Positions 1 to 10,267 are shown, counted from the first letter of the stretch. The stretch: DNA of 64,000 nt from Fibrobacterales bacterium (GCA_051532055.1 JAOPTX010000016.1:36059-100058), one strand, 5' to 3'. Made by a program: numbers and translations. The notes: generated from the letters alone by a model not told the origin.

Positions 1-531
1 GATATATACAACAAAGGGGGGCTCATTGTCTATCCTACTGATGCAGGCTATAGTGTTGGGTGTAATGCAGAAGACAAAAAGGCAATAAACCGCCTCTACA
101 AATTAAAAAAGCCTATCAAAAAATACGTAATGGCTTTGATGCTTAATGATTTCTCTCGTATAACTGAATATGCCAAAATGGATAACTTTGCGTTTAAATA
201 TATCAAACAAAGAGAGTCTGGCCGCTACACGTTTATCCTACCTGCACAGATTCACATTTTACGCAAATTGGATGTTAAAAGAAAAGAAGTGGGTATCCGT
301 ATGCCCAAACATCCTTTTCTTCAGGCATTTTTTGAGCTGACCAATGATCCCATTTTAAATACTGCCGCCCACATATCAGAAGATGAATTTTACACTAGTC
401 CTGATGATCTTATTAAAGCATATAATGGCAAGGTTGATGCTATCGTCACCTGTGGTGAAGTCCTCCTTGACCCTACAAATATTATCAGTCTAGTGGAAGG
501 GTACCCTGAGGTTCTCAGAGGCGAAGAATAA
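1..531 (+). CDS. Sua5/YrdC/YciO family protein (threonylcarbamoyl-AMP synthase-like), 5' truncated by window edge
   Basis: Frame is open from base 1 (DIYNKGGLIVYPTDAGYSVGC...); family motifs YPTD, YTFIL, VGIRMP. Confidence 0.85.
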   Translation, partial: DIYNKGGLIVYPTDAGYSVGCNAEDKKAINRLYKLKKPIKKYVMALMLNDFSRITEYAKMDNFAFKYIKQRESGRYTFILPAQIHILRKLDVKRKEVGIRMPKHPFLQAFFELTNDPILNTAAHISEDEFYTSPDDLIKAYNGKVDAIVTCGEVLLDPTNIISLVEGYPEVLRGEE

Positions 532-532
532 C

Positions 533-1306
533 ATGAGTATTGCAATTATCACCGGTGCATCATCAGGTATTGGCGCATCATTTGCAAAGAAACTCGATTC
601 CGTAGGACTCAGTGAAATTTGGATTACTGCTCGCCGTATTGACCGTCTAGAAGCTCTTGCTGAAGAACTCTCTACACCTGTTCGAGTTATTGGAGCAGAT
701 TTAACGATCTCGAAAGGGCTCGGTACTCTTACCGGAATCATTACCGAAGAAAAGCCCGACATCTCCTATCTTATAAACAATGCAGGTTTTGGTAAAGTAG
801 GTTCTTTTACAGAAATCTCTCTTGAAGACACCCTTGGCATGATAACCCTTCAAGTTTCCGCACTCACCGAAATCACTCATACAGCCCTCCCTTACATGAA
901 GAAAGGAAGTACGATTCTTCTTGTTTCATCCCTTGCATCTTTTGTATCTATGCCAGGTTTTGCAACGTACTCTGCAGTAAAGGCTTATATAACCAATCTT
1001 GGTTATTCACTGTATCGAGAATTAAAGCCCAGAGGGATTCATGTAACAACAATCTGTCCAGGACCCGTCAAAACAGAGTTTGGTGCGCGTGCTCAATTTA
1101 CAGTAGTATCAAAAGGAACTGATGTTGTTGCAGAAGATATCACCTCTCTCGCTCTTGCAGATGCACAGAGAAAACTCCCCTTCTCAATGTTTGGAGCCAC
1201 ACCCAAATTGACCAAGTGGGCCATCCGGATTCTTGGAAATCGCATTTCGAGCTTTATAATCTGGCACTATATGCAACGCGAAATGAGCAAACAAAATTTA
1301 CGGTAA
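533..1306 (+). CDS. Short-chain dehydrogenase/reductase
   Basis: TGASSGIG, NNAG, YSAVK (YxxxK), CPGPV. Confidence 0.9.
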   Translation: MSIAIITGASSGIGASFAKKLDSVGLSEIWITARRIDRLEALAEELSTPVRVIGADLTISKGLGTLTGIITEEKPDISYLINNAGFGKVGSFTEISLEDTLGMITLQVSALTEITHTALPYMKKGSTILLVSSLASFVSMPGFATYSAVKAYITNLGYSLYRELKPRGIHVTTICPGPVKTEFGARAQFTVVSKGTDVVAEDITSLALADAQRKLPFSMFGATPKLTKWAIRILGNRISSFIIWHYMQREMSKQNLR

Positions 1307-2296
1307 GAGAGATTCAACCCGCTCTTTAAGACTATTGGGCTCAACTATTTCACAGGCACCTGTGGCAACACGCCCCACCAGCCACCGTTCAAAATCGACA
1401 GTGATATACAGCTTCAATGCAATAGTTTTTTTGGATCCATCACAGTCCGCAGCGGGGTCAAAATGAGCATCTTTCATATGACGATAAAACCACGACTCTT
1501 TACTTTTTAAAACAACGCGCTCCACGCTCTCTTCACTGTTTTCGTTACTCCACTGAGCAAACTTATACTTATAAAACTCTTGTATCTCTTTTTGATGTGT
1601 ACTATCAAAATAGTGATCCGGTATTTTTCCGGATAACACTTGGATTATTCCTTTCATGCGATCAAGGCGAAGGGTGCGGAGAAGTGACTCATTCTTTTTA
1701 CCATAACCCATCACATAGAGCTGTCCAATACGGAGTACAAGTTTTACGGGATAGAATTCAATCATACTCTCTTCATCGCGACTCGATGTGTATTTACCAA
1801 TGCGAATAGCCTGCTGGTTATCAATAGCCTGCAAAATCTTATCCATAGCAGGATTCATTTTAATGGAATCAGGGTTTACCGCAAAAGGACCATGACTAAT
1901 GATCCAATGAGTATCTGACTGCTGTAGTTTTTGAGGTGAAGAACGATTCTCTAAAAATGACCCAACATGATTGAGAAGATCTTGATACTGCGCCATTCCC
2001 GAGCTCGAGAGATCTTGAGTCATTTTTTTAAAAGCAATAATAGAATCATCATCAATCCAACTTTCGCGCGATTGAATATGAAAGGTGGATTCTCTTCCTA
2101 TTTGATTGTCTTTTCGTACAAAATCTTGATTGTTGAGAGCTATCTCTTTTAAATATCGCGCAAGAGTGCGATCATCGATGGGATCACCATACTCTGATTC
2201 AATCTGATGAAGTAACCTCGTTTTTGTCCATTCACGCTCTTTAAGGAGGGACTCAATAAGAGAAATGCGTTGATATTTTGAACTCTCTTTTTTCAT
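1298..2296 (-). CDS. WYL-domain transcriptional regulator (wHTH-WYL-WCX)
   Basis: N-terminal HTH with DDRTLARYL; WYL core PVKLVLRIGQLYVMG...RTLRLDRM; C-terminal WLVG...EIVEPNSLKE; 332 aa typical of PafB/PafC/DriD-like proteins. Confidence 0.85.
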   Translation of the reverse strand: MKKESSKYQRISLIESLLKEREWTKTRLLHQIESEYGDPIDDRTLARYLKEIALNNQDFVRKDNQIGRESTFHIQSRESWIDDDSIIAFKKMTQDLSSSGMAQYQDLLNHVGSFLENRSSPQKLQQSDTHWIISHGPFAVNPDSIKMNPAMDKILQAIDNQQAIRIGKYTSSRDEESMIEFYPVKLVLRIGQLYVMGYGKKNESLLRTLRLDRMKGIIQVLSGKIPDHYFDSTHQKEIQEFYKYKFAQWSNENSEESVERVVLKSKESWFYRHMKDAHFDPAADCDGSKKTIALKLYITVDFERWLVGRVATGACEIVEPNSLKERVESLLP

Positions 2297-2345
2297 GGGT
2301 TAGCCTTACTCAATAAACTGAAGTATAAAGTAAAGAGAAGTAATA

Positions 2346-2360
2346 TGACAAAATTTGTCA
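2346..2360. promoter_or_regulatory. Palindrome TGACA-AAATT-TGTCA upstream of the WYL gene (candidate WYL operator)
   Basis: Exact 5-5-5 inverted repeat 50 bp upstream of WYL ATG; overlaps a minus-strand TTGTCA-N18-TATACT promoter. Confidence 0.7.
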
Positions 2361-2522
2361 AACCTATCAATGTCCATACTCTACTATCGCCCTTTATGGA
2401 CAATTTTAACCCTTTCCCATAGTAACACCCACCCAAGTAACACTCTTTTATTCTGTATTTTTAGATATGCCGAAACGACAATTCCCTCGACCTCACTCGT
2501 AAATTAAGATATAATACTATAT

Positions 2523-2792
2523 ATGAGATTGAAACCATTAAATGCGCAGACAGCAATCACCGATATGATAGAACAATCACAATCGGTATATGATAGACCT
2601 GTTTTATCAGAAGAGGACTACAAGACTAAAATGCGCGACCTACTTCCTGGTACAGCCCAATCTCAACTTGAATCAGATGAGCTTCAGCATATATCTGATA
2701 TGGTTGAACGATACGAGCAACTTTCGAAACAGTATCATGACAGCGACGAACGAGTCACCCTTAGAAAATTGATACAACGCAAATCGGAGTAA
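2523..2792 (+). CDS. Hypothetical protein, 89 aa
   Basis: ORF preceded by TATAAT (2510-2515) and ending 3 nt before glpK. Confidence 0.6.
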   Translation: MRLKPLNAQTAITDMIEQSQSVYDRPVLSEEDYKTKMRDLLPGTAQSQLESDELQHISDMVERYEQLSKQYHDSDERVTLRKLIQRKSE

Positions 2793-2795
2793 CAC

Positions 2796-4289
2796 GTGGC
2801 CGGTTACATTATTGCACTTGATCAGGGAACAACCAGTTCACGAGCAGTTCTTTTTACTGACACATTAGACCTTGTCGCCATTTGCCAAGAAGAGTTCCCC
2901 CAATGTTTCCCTCATGATGGCTGGGTTGAACACGACCCTGAACAGATCTGGCAGAGTCAACACAATGTATTACTCAAACTCATTACAGAAAACAATATCT
3001 CACCTTCTGAAATTATTACCATCGGCATTACAAATCAACGAGAAACTACTATTGTGTGGGACCGCACAACAGGTACCCCCATATATAACGCTATTGTCTG
3101 GCAAGATAGACGAACAGCCCCTCTCTGTGAAGAACTTAAACAACAAGGATTCACCGCTACTATTCAGGAAAAAACAGGTCTGGTGATCGATGCCTATTTT
3201 TCGGCAACCAAGCTGAAATGGATTTTAGATACGGTGCCCGGAGCTCATGAAAAAGCATTGAAGGGAGACCTCCTTTTTGGCACTGTTGACAGTTGGCTCA
3301 TATGGAAGTTAACAAATGGTGCACACCATGTAACTGACGCATCGAATGCCTGCAGAACAATGCTCTTTAATATATCTGATATGTGTTGGGACACTGAACT
3401 TTGTAATACTCTCTCTATCCCTATGGGAATGCTCCCCGAAGTAAGAGACTCATCGGGCTCTTTTGGTGAGTGGTTTCTGGATGGGGTTGCTATTCCTCTA
3501 TCTGGAGTGGCCGGCGATCAACAAGCCGCTACCTTTGGACAACGCTGCTTTGAAGAGGGAATGGTTAAAAACACCTACGGCACTGGCTGTTTTATGGTAA
3601 TGAATACGGGAGCTAAACGAGTAACGAGTACTCAAGGGCTCCTTACTACTATTGCGTGGAGTTTAAACGGCATACCTACTTACGCCCTTGAAGGCAGTGT
3701 CTTTATCGCTGGCGCTGCTATCCAATGGCTCCGTGATGGCTTAAAACTTTTTTCAAATGCTCAAGAATCAGAGATCCTCGCACACCATGCAAACAAAGAT
3801 GATCAGGTTGTGGTCGTTCCTGCTTTTACCGGACTGGGTGCACCGTACTGGGATATGTACGCCCGTGGCGCAATTTTTGGATTAACTCGTGATACCGGCA
3901 TAGAAGAAATTACTCGGGCCACTCTAGAATCAATCGCATTCCAAAGTTATGATATTTTACAGTGTATGCAAAGAGATAGTGAAACAACAATTCCTGCCCT
4001 GACCGTCGATGGCGGAGCAACTGCTAATAATTTCCTCATGCAATTTCAGGCTGATCTCTTGGGTATTCCCATTGAGCGCCCCCTAATTACTGAGTCTACT
4101 GCACTTGGTGTAGCCGCTCTTGCGGGACTGCATCATTCACTCTGGACAATGGATGCATTAAAGAACAAACACATTGAAAAAACGTTTTCTCCATCAATTG
4201 ATACAAAGTATAGAGCGGACCTCATAAAAAAATGGCATAGTGCAATTCAACGAGTTCTTTCAGACCCTGATCAATCACATGGAATGTAG
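2796..4289 (+). CDS. glpK: Glycerol kinase
   Basis: ALDQGTTSSRA, GITNQRETT, AIVWQDRRT, GDQQAA, KNTYGTGCF, DGGA. Confidence 0.97.
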   Translation: MAGYIIALDQGTTSSRAVLFTDTLDLVAICQEEFPQCFPHDGWVEHDPEQIWQSQHNVLLKLITENNISPSEIITIGITNQRETTIVWDRTTGTPIYNAIVWQDRRTAPLCEELKQQGFTATIQEKTGLVIDAYFSATKLKWILDTVPGAHEKALKGDLLFGTVDSWLIWKLTNGAHHVTDASNACRTMLFNISDMCWDTELCNTLSIPMGMLPEVRDSSGSFGEWFLDGVAIPLSGVAGDQQAATFGQRCFEEGMVKNTYGTGCFMVMNTGAKRVTSTQGLLTTIAWSLNGIPTYALEGSVFIAGAAIQWLRDGLKLFSNAQESEILAHHANKDDQVVVVPAFTGLGAPYWDMYARGAIFGLTRDTGIEEITRATLESIAFQSYDILQCMQRDSETTIPALTVDGGATANNFLMQFQADLLGIPIERPLITESTALGVAALAGLHHSLWTMDALKNKHIEKTFSPSIDTKYRADLIKKWHSAIQRVLSDPDQSHGM

Positions 4290-4342
4290 ATATAAAAAAA
4301 GGCCCTCTCTATAAAGGACCATAGCATTAAGAGCACTAAACG

Positions 4343-4594
4343 TTATCCGTCTATTTTCCCTTTAACATCATTCACGTCATCTTGACTGACTCCCATTTCA
4401 TCCATTACTTCTTGGAGTGCACCTGGATTCATCATCAATTCGCCAACAATTTTTTGAATTGCTGAAGGGTCGATACCCATTTCAGCTATTTTTGACATTG
4501 CCCCAAGTGGGTTTTCTTTGACCGCTGAGACGAGCTCTTGCGCTTGCTCAGGCGTGATATTAAGTTCTTTAAATATTTCTGATAGTTTAGACAT
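4343..4594 (-). CDS. Small helical protein resembling DUF2999 family
   Basis: 83 aa, ENPLGAM...MMNPGAL pattern recalled from family; not searched. Confidence 0.55.
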   Translation of the reverse strand: MSKLSEIFKELNITPEQAQELVSAVKENPLGAMSKIAEMGIDPSAIQKIVGELMMNPGALQEVMDEMGVSQDDVNDVKGKIDG

Positions 4595-4648
4595 AGAAGA
4601 CCTCTTTTTTAATTAATAATAGCAAATGGAATGATGTTTTTCATTCCA

Positions 4649-4996
4649 TTACTCAATGATATACAGCTCAACTTCATCCTCACCAACACCATTCACAACG
4701 TCATCAGTTTGATCATACTCATACAATAGATCAAAATCACTTTCCATATCTTCAAGCATTAATATCGCATAGCGCTCTTGCATAAGGTCAACTTGCTGTG
4801 ACAGGGGGGCATACAACAACACACCAATAATCCCGAGAACCATCACTGTTATTGAACTCATAGTTTTGATACTATAAAAAAGTATTTGCCGTTGTTTCTG
4901 TTCATGAATAACAGCAGTACTAAAGTGAAGTTCCTCTGGAGAAACCGATTTGAAAAGGTTACTCAGTGACGATTCACTATATTTCTTATCAGACAT
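4649..4996 (-). CDS. Putative single-TM anti-sigma factor
   Basis: Overlaps stop of ECF sigma gene; one hydrophobic helix followed by an acidic tail. Confidence 0.55.
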   Translation of the reverse strand: MSDKKYSESSLSNLFKSVSPEELHFSTAVIHEQKQRQILFYSIKTMSSITVMVLGIIGVLLYAPLSQQVDLMQERYAILMLEDMESDFDLLYEYDQTDDVVNGVGEDEVELYIIE

Positions 4997-5510
4997 ATTC
5001 TCCCCCTCTATTCAGTAACACTACCATTTTTTGTTTTGCCTCATGAATCCTTGATTTAGCTGTGCCTTCTTTAATATTCAAAATGATCGCAATTTCATTA
5101 TATTGAAAACCTTCTATCTCCTTCAAAATCAGCGGTTCACGATATTTCCCTTCAAGTTTTTGTAAGGCACTATTAAGATGGGCGACTTCTGGGCGTACCG
5201 AGGCTATTGCAGGGGCATGCAGCGATTCTTCAAAGACTTCAACAGGCTTGAGATGCTTACGTACATACTGTAAACTCACATTGCGCACCAGTCCAAATAG
5301 CCAAGTACTAAATGCAGCATTCTCCTTAAAGCGCATCAATGATTTTTGTAAGGCAATAAAAGACTCTTGTACCACATCATCTACACACCCTTTGTTACCA
5401 ATGGTGTACATGACCATCCGCCGAACACCATCAAGATATCGTTCAGCCAATTGATCAAAGGCCGGTTTAGAGCCAGCCTTAATTTGTTGTATCAACTCAC
5501 TATCAGTCAC
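4989..5510 (-). CDS. ECF RNA polymerase sigma factor
   Basis: DDVVQESF, FSTWL, region 4 EGFQYNEIAIILNIKEGTAKSRIH. Confidence 0.92.
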   Translation of the reverse strand: MTDSELIQQIKAGSKPAFDQLAERYLDGVRRMVMYTIGNKGCVDDVVQESFIALQKSLMRFKENAAFSTWLFGLVRNVSLQYVRKHLKPVEVFEESLHAPAIASVRPEVAHLNSALQKLEGKYREPLILKEIEGFQYNEIAIILNIKEGTAKSRIHEAKQKMVVLLNRGGEYV

Positions 5511-5544
5511 ACAGTACCTACGTTAAAATGAAAGTCCAACGTCT

Positions 5545-6048
5545 CTATTTATCCCAACCCTTACCATACTTGCCTCTCTTACCTTTATCACTGAGGCGAT
5601 GCATAATGTATGTATCCCACTGGTCTTTAGTTAGAAGCTCTTTAATTTTAGCATCTTTTTCAAACTGTTTAATTTGAATCTGCGCCCATATATCACCACG
5701 TTTGTTGCAATTTTCAGTTATAAGGCCCATATCAAATGTATCATTGAGTATCATTTTTTTAAGGACAATTTTATGTTCTTCCGATTCTAACTTCAGAAGG
5801 GCAACTTGTTTATGATGCGCACTCAAAATCACTTTCACTTGCTCTTGGGTTGACTTATCAAGCCCCAGCTTTTTAAAGAGTCTATTAAATTTAGGCCCTT
5901 TAGCCATTCGCTTGCACTCTTTATCTCCTTTTGGACACTCATATTTTTTACCACCGCCATCACCATACCTTTTACCATGGCCATATCCTAGGCCTTGAGC
6001 CACAACCATAGTTGCTGCAAGCATGAGTATCATTAGTAACTGTTTCAT
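5545..6048 (-). CDS. Spy/CpxP-like periplasmic helical protein
   Basis: Signal peptide MKQLLMILML...; LGLDKSTQEQV and LTKDQW motifs; start at 6048 has GAGG RBS. Confidence 0.7.
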   Translation of the reverse strand: MKQLLMILMLAATMVVAQGLGYGHGKRYGDGGGKKYECPKGDKECKRMAKGPKFNRLFKKLGLDKSTQEQVKVILSAHHKQVALLKLESEEHKIVLKKMILNDTFDMGLITENCNKRGDIWAQIQIKQFEKDAKIKELLTKDQWDTYIMHRLSDKGKRGKYGKGWDK

Positions 6049-6159
6049 TGTATCACCTCTTTTATTAATCATTCTTTTTAACTATAAGTGTAATGGACGA
6101 CCACTTTCGTTCGATAAAAATGAAAGTTATTTCACATTGTCTTATTTATTGGAATAATG

Positions 6160-6675
6160 CTATTCTGAGGTCAATAGGCGAATAGTATCTTCATATTCTG
6201 GAAATTCAGACAGCAAGTCATCTCGCTTTGCCAGCTCAAAATCCGCAAAATCAAACCCTGGCGCAACAGTACATCCAACAAGAGCATAGTCATTTGCCTC
6301 TTCGAGAGATGCCCCAAACCAACAGCCGGCCTTTACCATTCCTTGAAACTGTTCTCCAGCATCAGGGTCAGAGCCAATTTTAAGATGAAAGAGCACTCCC
6401 ATGGGGTCAATGACATGAACAATCAATGGAGTGCCGGTATAAAAATGCCATATTTCATCAGACTGAATACGATGAAAGTGAGATACTTGCGTACCTTCTA
6501 AAAGAAAATAGATAGCAGTGGAAGCTGACCGCACACCTGAAAATCGTTCTGGGGGATTTTCTAGTTGATCGCCCGACCGATAGCTTTCAGCAAAATAGCC
6601 TCCTTCAGGGTGTTGAGTCATCTGCAATGATTCAATCCAATAGTCAGCGCTCTTTTGTTCTGTCACCTTTTTCAT
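6160..6675 (-). CDS. Cupin_5 (DUF985) family protein
   Basis: HPEGGYF, STAIYFLL, SHFHRI.SDEIWHFY, VGCTVAPGFDFADF. Confidence 0.92.
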   Translation of the reverse strand: MKKVTEQKSADYWIESLQMTQHPEGGYFAESYRSGDQLENPPERFSGVRSASTAIYFLLEGTQVSHFHRIQSDEIWHFYTGTPLIVHVIDPMGVLFHLKIGSDPDAGEQFQGMVKAGCWFGASLEEANDYALVGCTVAPGFDFADFELAKRDDLLSEFPEYEDTIRLLTSE

Positions 6676-8087
6676 TTTTCTACAACTCCGTTAAGGTAGT
6701 GTTCTAACTCATCCAATAATTCTTTTTGAGCATAGTCAAGATTCTCATTTGATCTGAGTTCACCGATATCCCTATGAGCATCAATCAAAGTATACCGCTT
6801 ATTCCCTCGAAAATCAATACTGTCAGCAGTACTATCTAATGCCTGCTTTAAGTAGGTAGTACAAGCGGTAAGAGATGGCCCCCTTAACGCATCTTTAAAA
6901 TTTCTATAGAGAATTCGTTCAGCAAGTATATTTATGTGCGGTTGAGAAAACCCACCTACCAGTTCAATTTTCCGCGCAAGATCTCCGTTACGATATACAT
7001 AGGAAAGTTCGTCATCCCCCCGCGGCACAAACCCTTTTGTATAAAGAGCCGCATCAGGGTCAACCTGTTCAACATCATCGTACCGATACTCTTTATGGTA
7101 GGTAATAATCTTTTCCAAGAGAGTATCATGCTCTTTGAGCCAGGCGATGTTTTCCGTGACGAGTGCTGCTCTTTCATCACTCCAGTGACTTTTATATCGA
7201 TCAAGTACCGGAAGCAGTATATCTGATCCATCTTTTTTACGGATAACCCATGTCTCTTCTTCAATGGATGCTTCAGTCAATTCTGCAAAGGGAGTCCGGT
7301 CGAGAATAAGCCAGATTGTTTGGTTGGTGTAACTCTGGGATAGCCCAAGACTCAGTACAACATGTTGATACCCTTGTGCGGCCCCTGCCTTCACTTGTAT
7401 CGCAATGGCCATAGTATGATATTTGGGGAGTAGCTCAGGTACTTTTGTAAGTTTTTTTAGATATTCAGCCTCGACCTGTTTTTTAAATCCATTGGTAAGA
7501 TAACGCCACATCTCACCCTCTTTAGAAAACCGCTGTGCCAGTGCAACTGTTGCTTCAACATCAACCATAGCATTATGAGCCTGCCCTGTTGCAAGATTAT
7601 TTTCACTGCTTAAATATTCAAGTTTGAGGGTTGGCTTTTCCGCGACCGTTGGCCATTTGATTACTGAAGGCTTATAAAGGAAGTAGACCGCTGCAATAGG
7701 GAGTAAATCAAGCCTGCCACAATCATTATAAAATTGATGTTGATACGGGCTCAGTAGATTACGATAAAACATAAAGCGTAAAAACTCGTCATCAAAACCC
7801 ATTGTGTTATAGCCCACACTGATCGTTCCCGCTACATTCATGAGCTCATGAATGGCACAGGCAGCATCAAACTCACTCATACCACTTTTCAGGGCAGTCA
7901 GTGACACTCGATGAGTAATAGTTGCGTAGGGCGAAGGGATCACATCGGGGCGCAGGGCTATTTTAAATTCATGCCGCTCGATTTCATGTAAATTCTGATC
8001 TGTCCGAATCGCAGCAAATTGCACTACCTGATCAAAGCATTTGTTGAGGCCTGTAGTCTCTAAATCGTAAAAAAGAAAGGTTTTCAT
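6672..8087 (-). CDS. sbcB: Exodeoxyribonuclease I (DEDDh 3'-5' ssDNA exonuclease)
   Basis: FLFYDLETTG, QFAAIRTD, GYNTMGFDDEFLR, LKLEYL, AHNAMVDV; 471 aa. Confidence 0.88.
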   Translation of the reverse strand: MKTFLFYDLETTGLNKCFDQVVQFAAIRTDQNLHEIERHEFKIALRPDVIPSPYATITHRVSLTALKSGMSEFDAACAIHELMNVAGTISVGYNTMGFDDEFLRFMFYRNLLSPYQHQFYNDCGRLDLLPIAAVYFLYKPSVIKWPTVAEKPTLKLEYLSSENNLATGQAHNAMVDVEATVALAQRFSKEGEMWRYLTNGFKKQVEAEYLKKLTKVPELLPKYHTMAIAIQVKAGAAQGYQHVVLSLGLSQSYTNQTIWLILDRTPFAELTEASIEEETWVIRKKDGSDILLPVLDRYKSHWSDERAALVTENIAWLKEHDTLLEKIITYHKEYRYDDVEQVDPDAALYTKGFVPRGDDELSYVYRNGDLARKIELVGGFSQPHINILAERILYRNFKDALRGPSLTACTTYLKQALDSTADSIDFRGNKRYTLIDAHRDIGELRSNENLDYAQKELLDELEHYLNGVVEK

Positions 8088-8275
8088 AATGAGAAATATA
8101 CAATTTGTGAATGAGAACTTTGTGAAATGTACTTTTTAAGGCTTTACTAGGACCCTTTTGAATAAGTGACATAGTTGACAGAAGTTACGTATCCCCCCAA
8201 TCTCTCCCATGATTTTTTCTAAGCAGCCTAAATTATTATTACATTTGGAATTAAGCACTTAGACCAGATACCACC

Positions 8276-9016
8276 ATGACCAAATCAATACTCATTGCTT
8301 TTATGCTGACCACTATCACTACTGTATTTGCGGTTCCTCCAATAGAGGCTCTCAAACTGATAACAGCATACCCCGATCATCTTGATTATTATATTGAAGG
8401 CGATATTGTATGGCATGATGGCACGGTAACCCAATGGGATGATGGCAAAAAGAAAAGCTTTGATGAAAAACTAACCAATGCTGATTTAGAAGATCAAATG
8501 AGTCAAACATATGACCGGGCAACAATCACCAAAGAGACCCGAAAAGATTTTGATCCAGGTCGTATTCGCTCGACACCCTTTTTTGAGACTATGTATGGAG
8601 GATCTGAAGTTGATGTTGACTTTAACATGGTTGAAGTCGAATGGTTTGGCGAAAACCATAAAGTAACGACAGTGAATGATATTAATCTAAAACTGGCTGA
8701 AGTAGCAGACCGTTTAAAACATCATGAAGAGTACCTGAGCCCCAGTGCGGGAACGTACAACTTTCGTGTAATTGCAGGTACAAACCGATTGAGCTGTCAT
8801 AGTTTTGGTATTGCTATTGACATCAGTATCAATGTGAGCCGGTACTGGAGATGGGACAAAGACTGGGAAACACGCCCTGGCCATATTTCAATACCAGATG
8901 ATGCTCTTATGGAAATCATTGGGATTTTTGAAGAATTTGGCTTTATCTGGGGTGGCCGCTGGTATCACTATGATAGTATGCACTTTGAGTATCGCCCAGA
9001 GCTTTTAGTAAAGTAA
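8276..9016 (+). CDS. Exported M15 family peptidoglycan metallopeptidase
   Basis: Signal peptide; SCHSFGIAID (SxHxxGxAxD); GFIWGGRW.HYDSMHFEY. Confidence 0.88.
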   Translation: MTKSILIAFMLTTITTVFAVPPIEALKLITAYPDHLDYYIEGDIVWHDGTVTQWDDGKKKSFDEKLTNADLEDQMSQTYDRATITKETRKDFDPGRIRSTPFFETMYGGSEVDVDFNMVEVEWFGENHKVTTVNDINLKLAEVADRLKHHEEYLSPSAGTYNFRVIAGTNRLSCHSFGIAIDISINVSRYWRWDKDWETRPGHISIPDDALMEIIGIFEEFGFIWGGRWYHYDSMHFEYRPELLVK

Positions 9017-9042
9017 CGGCCCCTAAGAAAAAAAACATGCCA

Positions 9043-9075
9043 TGACAAATACTGTCACCGCTCCCATTCTATATT
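9043..9075 (+). promoter_or_regulatory. TGACA-AATAC-TGTCA box, 12 bp, then TATATT -10; ssb promoter
   Basis: Exact palindrome 9043-9057; -10 at 9070-9075. Confidence 0.7.
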
Positions 9076-9103
9076 TACTATAGAACTAAACGGGAGAACA
9101 ATT

Positions 9104-9493
9104 ATGGCATGTTTAAACAAAGTTACCCTCATTGGCAATTTGGGTGCAGATCCGGAAATCAAAACAACTGTGCAAGGTGTGAAACTCGCACGATTCAATG
9201 TAGCAGTTACCGAAAAATATAAAGATCAACAAAATCAGAAACAAGAGAAGACCCAATGGTTTACCGTCATTCTCTGGAGACGTCTTGCTGAGATAGCAGA
9301 ACAGTTTCTTAAAAAAGGTTCTATGGTCTATATTGAAGGCAAACTGGAAAATTCGAGCTGGGATGATGAAAAAACTGGTGAGAAAAAATATAAGACTGAA
9401 ATTCATGGACTTAACATGCAGATGCTTAGTTCATCAAAACATGTTTCTGAATATGCTGTTGGTCATTCAAACATGAGTACTATGGCATATTAA
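9104..9493 (+). CDS. ssb: Single-stranded DNA-binding protein, short form without acidic tail
   Basis: LNKVTLIGNLGADPE, TQWFTVILW, KGSMVYIEGKL, KYKTEI; GGAG RBS. Confidence 0.93.
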   Translation: MACLNKVTLIGNLGADPEIKTTVQGVKLARFNVAVTEKYKDQQNQKQEKTQWFTVILWRRLAEIAEQFLKKGSMVYIEGKLENSSWDDEKTGEKKYKTEIHGLNMQMLSSSKHVSEYAVGHSNMSTMAY

Positions 9494-10214
9494 TGCCATA
9501 ATTTTTAAAGATATTCTTGTACAATCCTTGGCGCTTGATCGTTTTTAGACCACGGTTAAACGCCTCAAGAAGCTCCCTTGCGCGAACACTTTTTTTTGAT
9601 ATTCCAACATAGGACAAATGTCTCTGTAAAGGATTCTTCACCGCCTGAATGTGATGACTTTTGTCAACGTTAATAAGAATAGAGTTCGCAACTCTCTCAG
9701 TTTCGACAACAAGGTCCACACGTCCCTTGATGAGGCGGATAAAATTCTCTTTATTACTCACGTCCTCAACCCGCTTAAACGAAGTTGCACTATCAAATTC
9801 AGGACTATTGGCATATCCTCTACCAACCCCAATATGCAGGCCGCTTAAACTTTCTAATCCCCTGTACATAAACCCATCTGTTTTCCTCTTGTAAAAAAGC
9901 ACTCGGAGTGTATCAATCGGCGTACTGTACAGCAAATATGACTCACGTTCTTTGGTTTTATACACTCCCAAAATCGCATCATAACTTCCGACCTTCGTAC
10001 CATGTAATGCTCTTGCCCAAGGAACAAAATTAAGCTTCACTGAATACCCAACTGATTTATATGCCGCAGTAACTATCTCAGTATAGAGCCCTCCTCGTTT
10101 ATCCGATTCTGTAAGATAGGGTGGATAATCATATTGAATTGCCAAACGTACAACGGGTCTCCCTATTGCGCATCCAATCATTACAACTATGATTACTATT
10201 ATTTTTTTAAGCAT
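9480..10214 (-). CDS. Family 3 (PAAT-type) periplasmic substrate-binding protein
   Basis: Signal peptide, YPPY, PWARAL, KERE, GRVD. Confidence 0.85.
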   Translation of the reverse strand: MLKKIIVIIVVMIGCAIGRPVVRLAIQYDYPPYLTESDKRGGLYTEIVTAAYKSVGYSVKLNFVPWARALHGTKVGSYDAILGVYKTKERESYLLYSTPIDTLRVLFYKRKTDGFMYRGLESLSGLHIGVGRGYANSPEFDSATSFKRVEDVSNKENFIRLIKGRVDLVVETERVANSILINVDKSHHIQAVKNPLQRHLSYVGISKKSVRARELLEAFNRGLKTIKRQGLYKNIFKNYGINMP

Positions 10215-10267
10215 AACTTACGCAGTTAAAACGAACCTATAGTGTACCATAATTTATCAAAATAATC

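Noticed and set aside
1298..2296. WYL gene as marker of a phage-defence island or CRISPR locus
   Set aside because: Neighbours are housekeeping genes; no cas, RM, BREX or repeat-spacer array seen in the window
8167..8180. TGACA-TAGT-TGACA near sbcB as a fifth WYL box
   Set aside because: Direct repeat with N4 spacing, far from the sbcB -10; may just be a TTGACA -35. sbcB is not counted in the regulon
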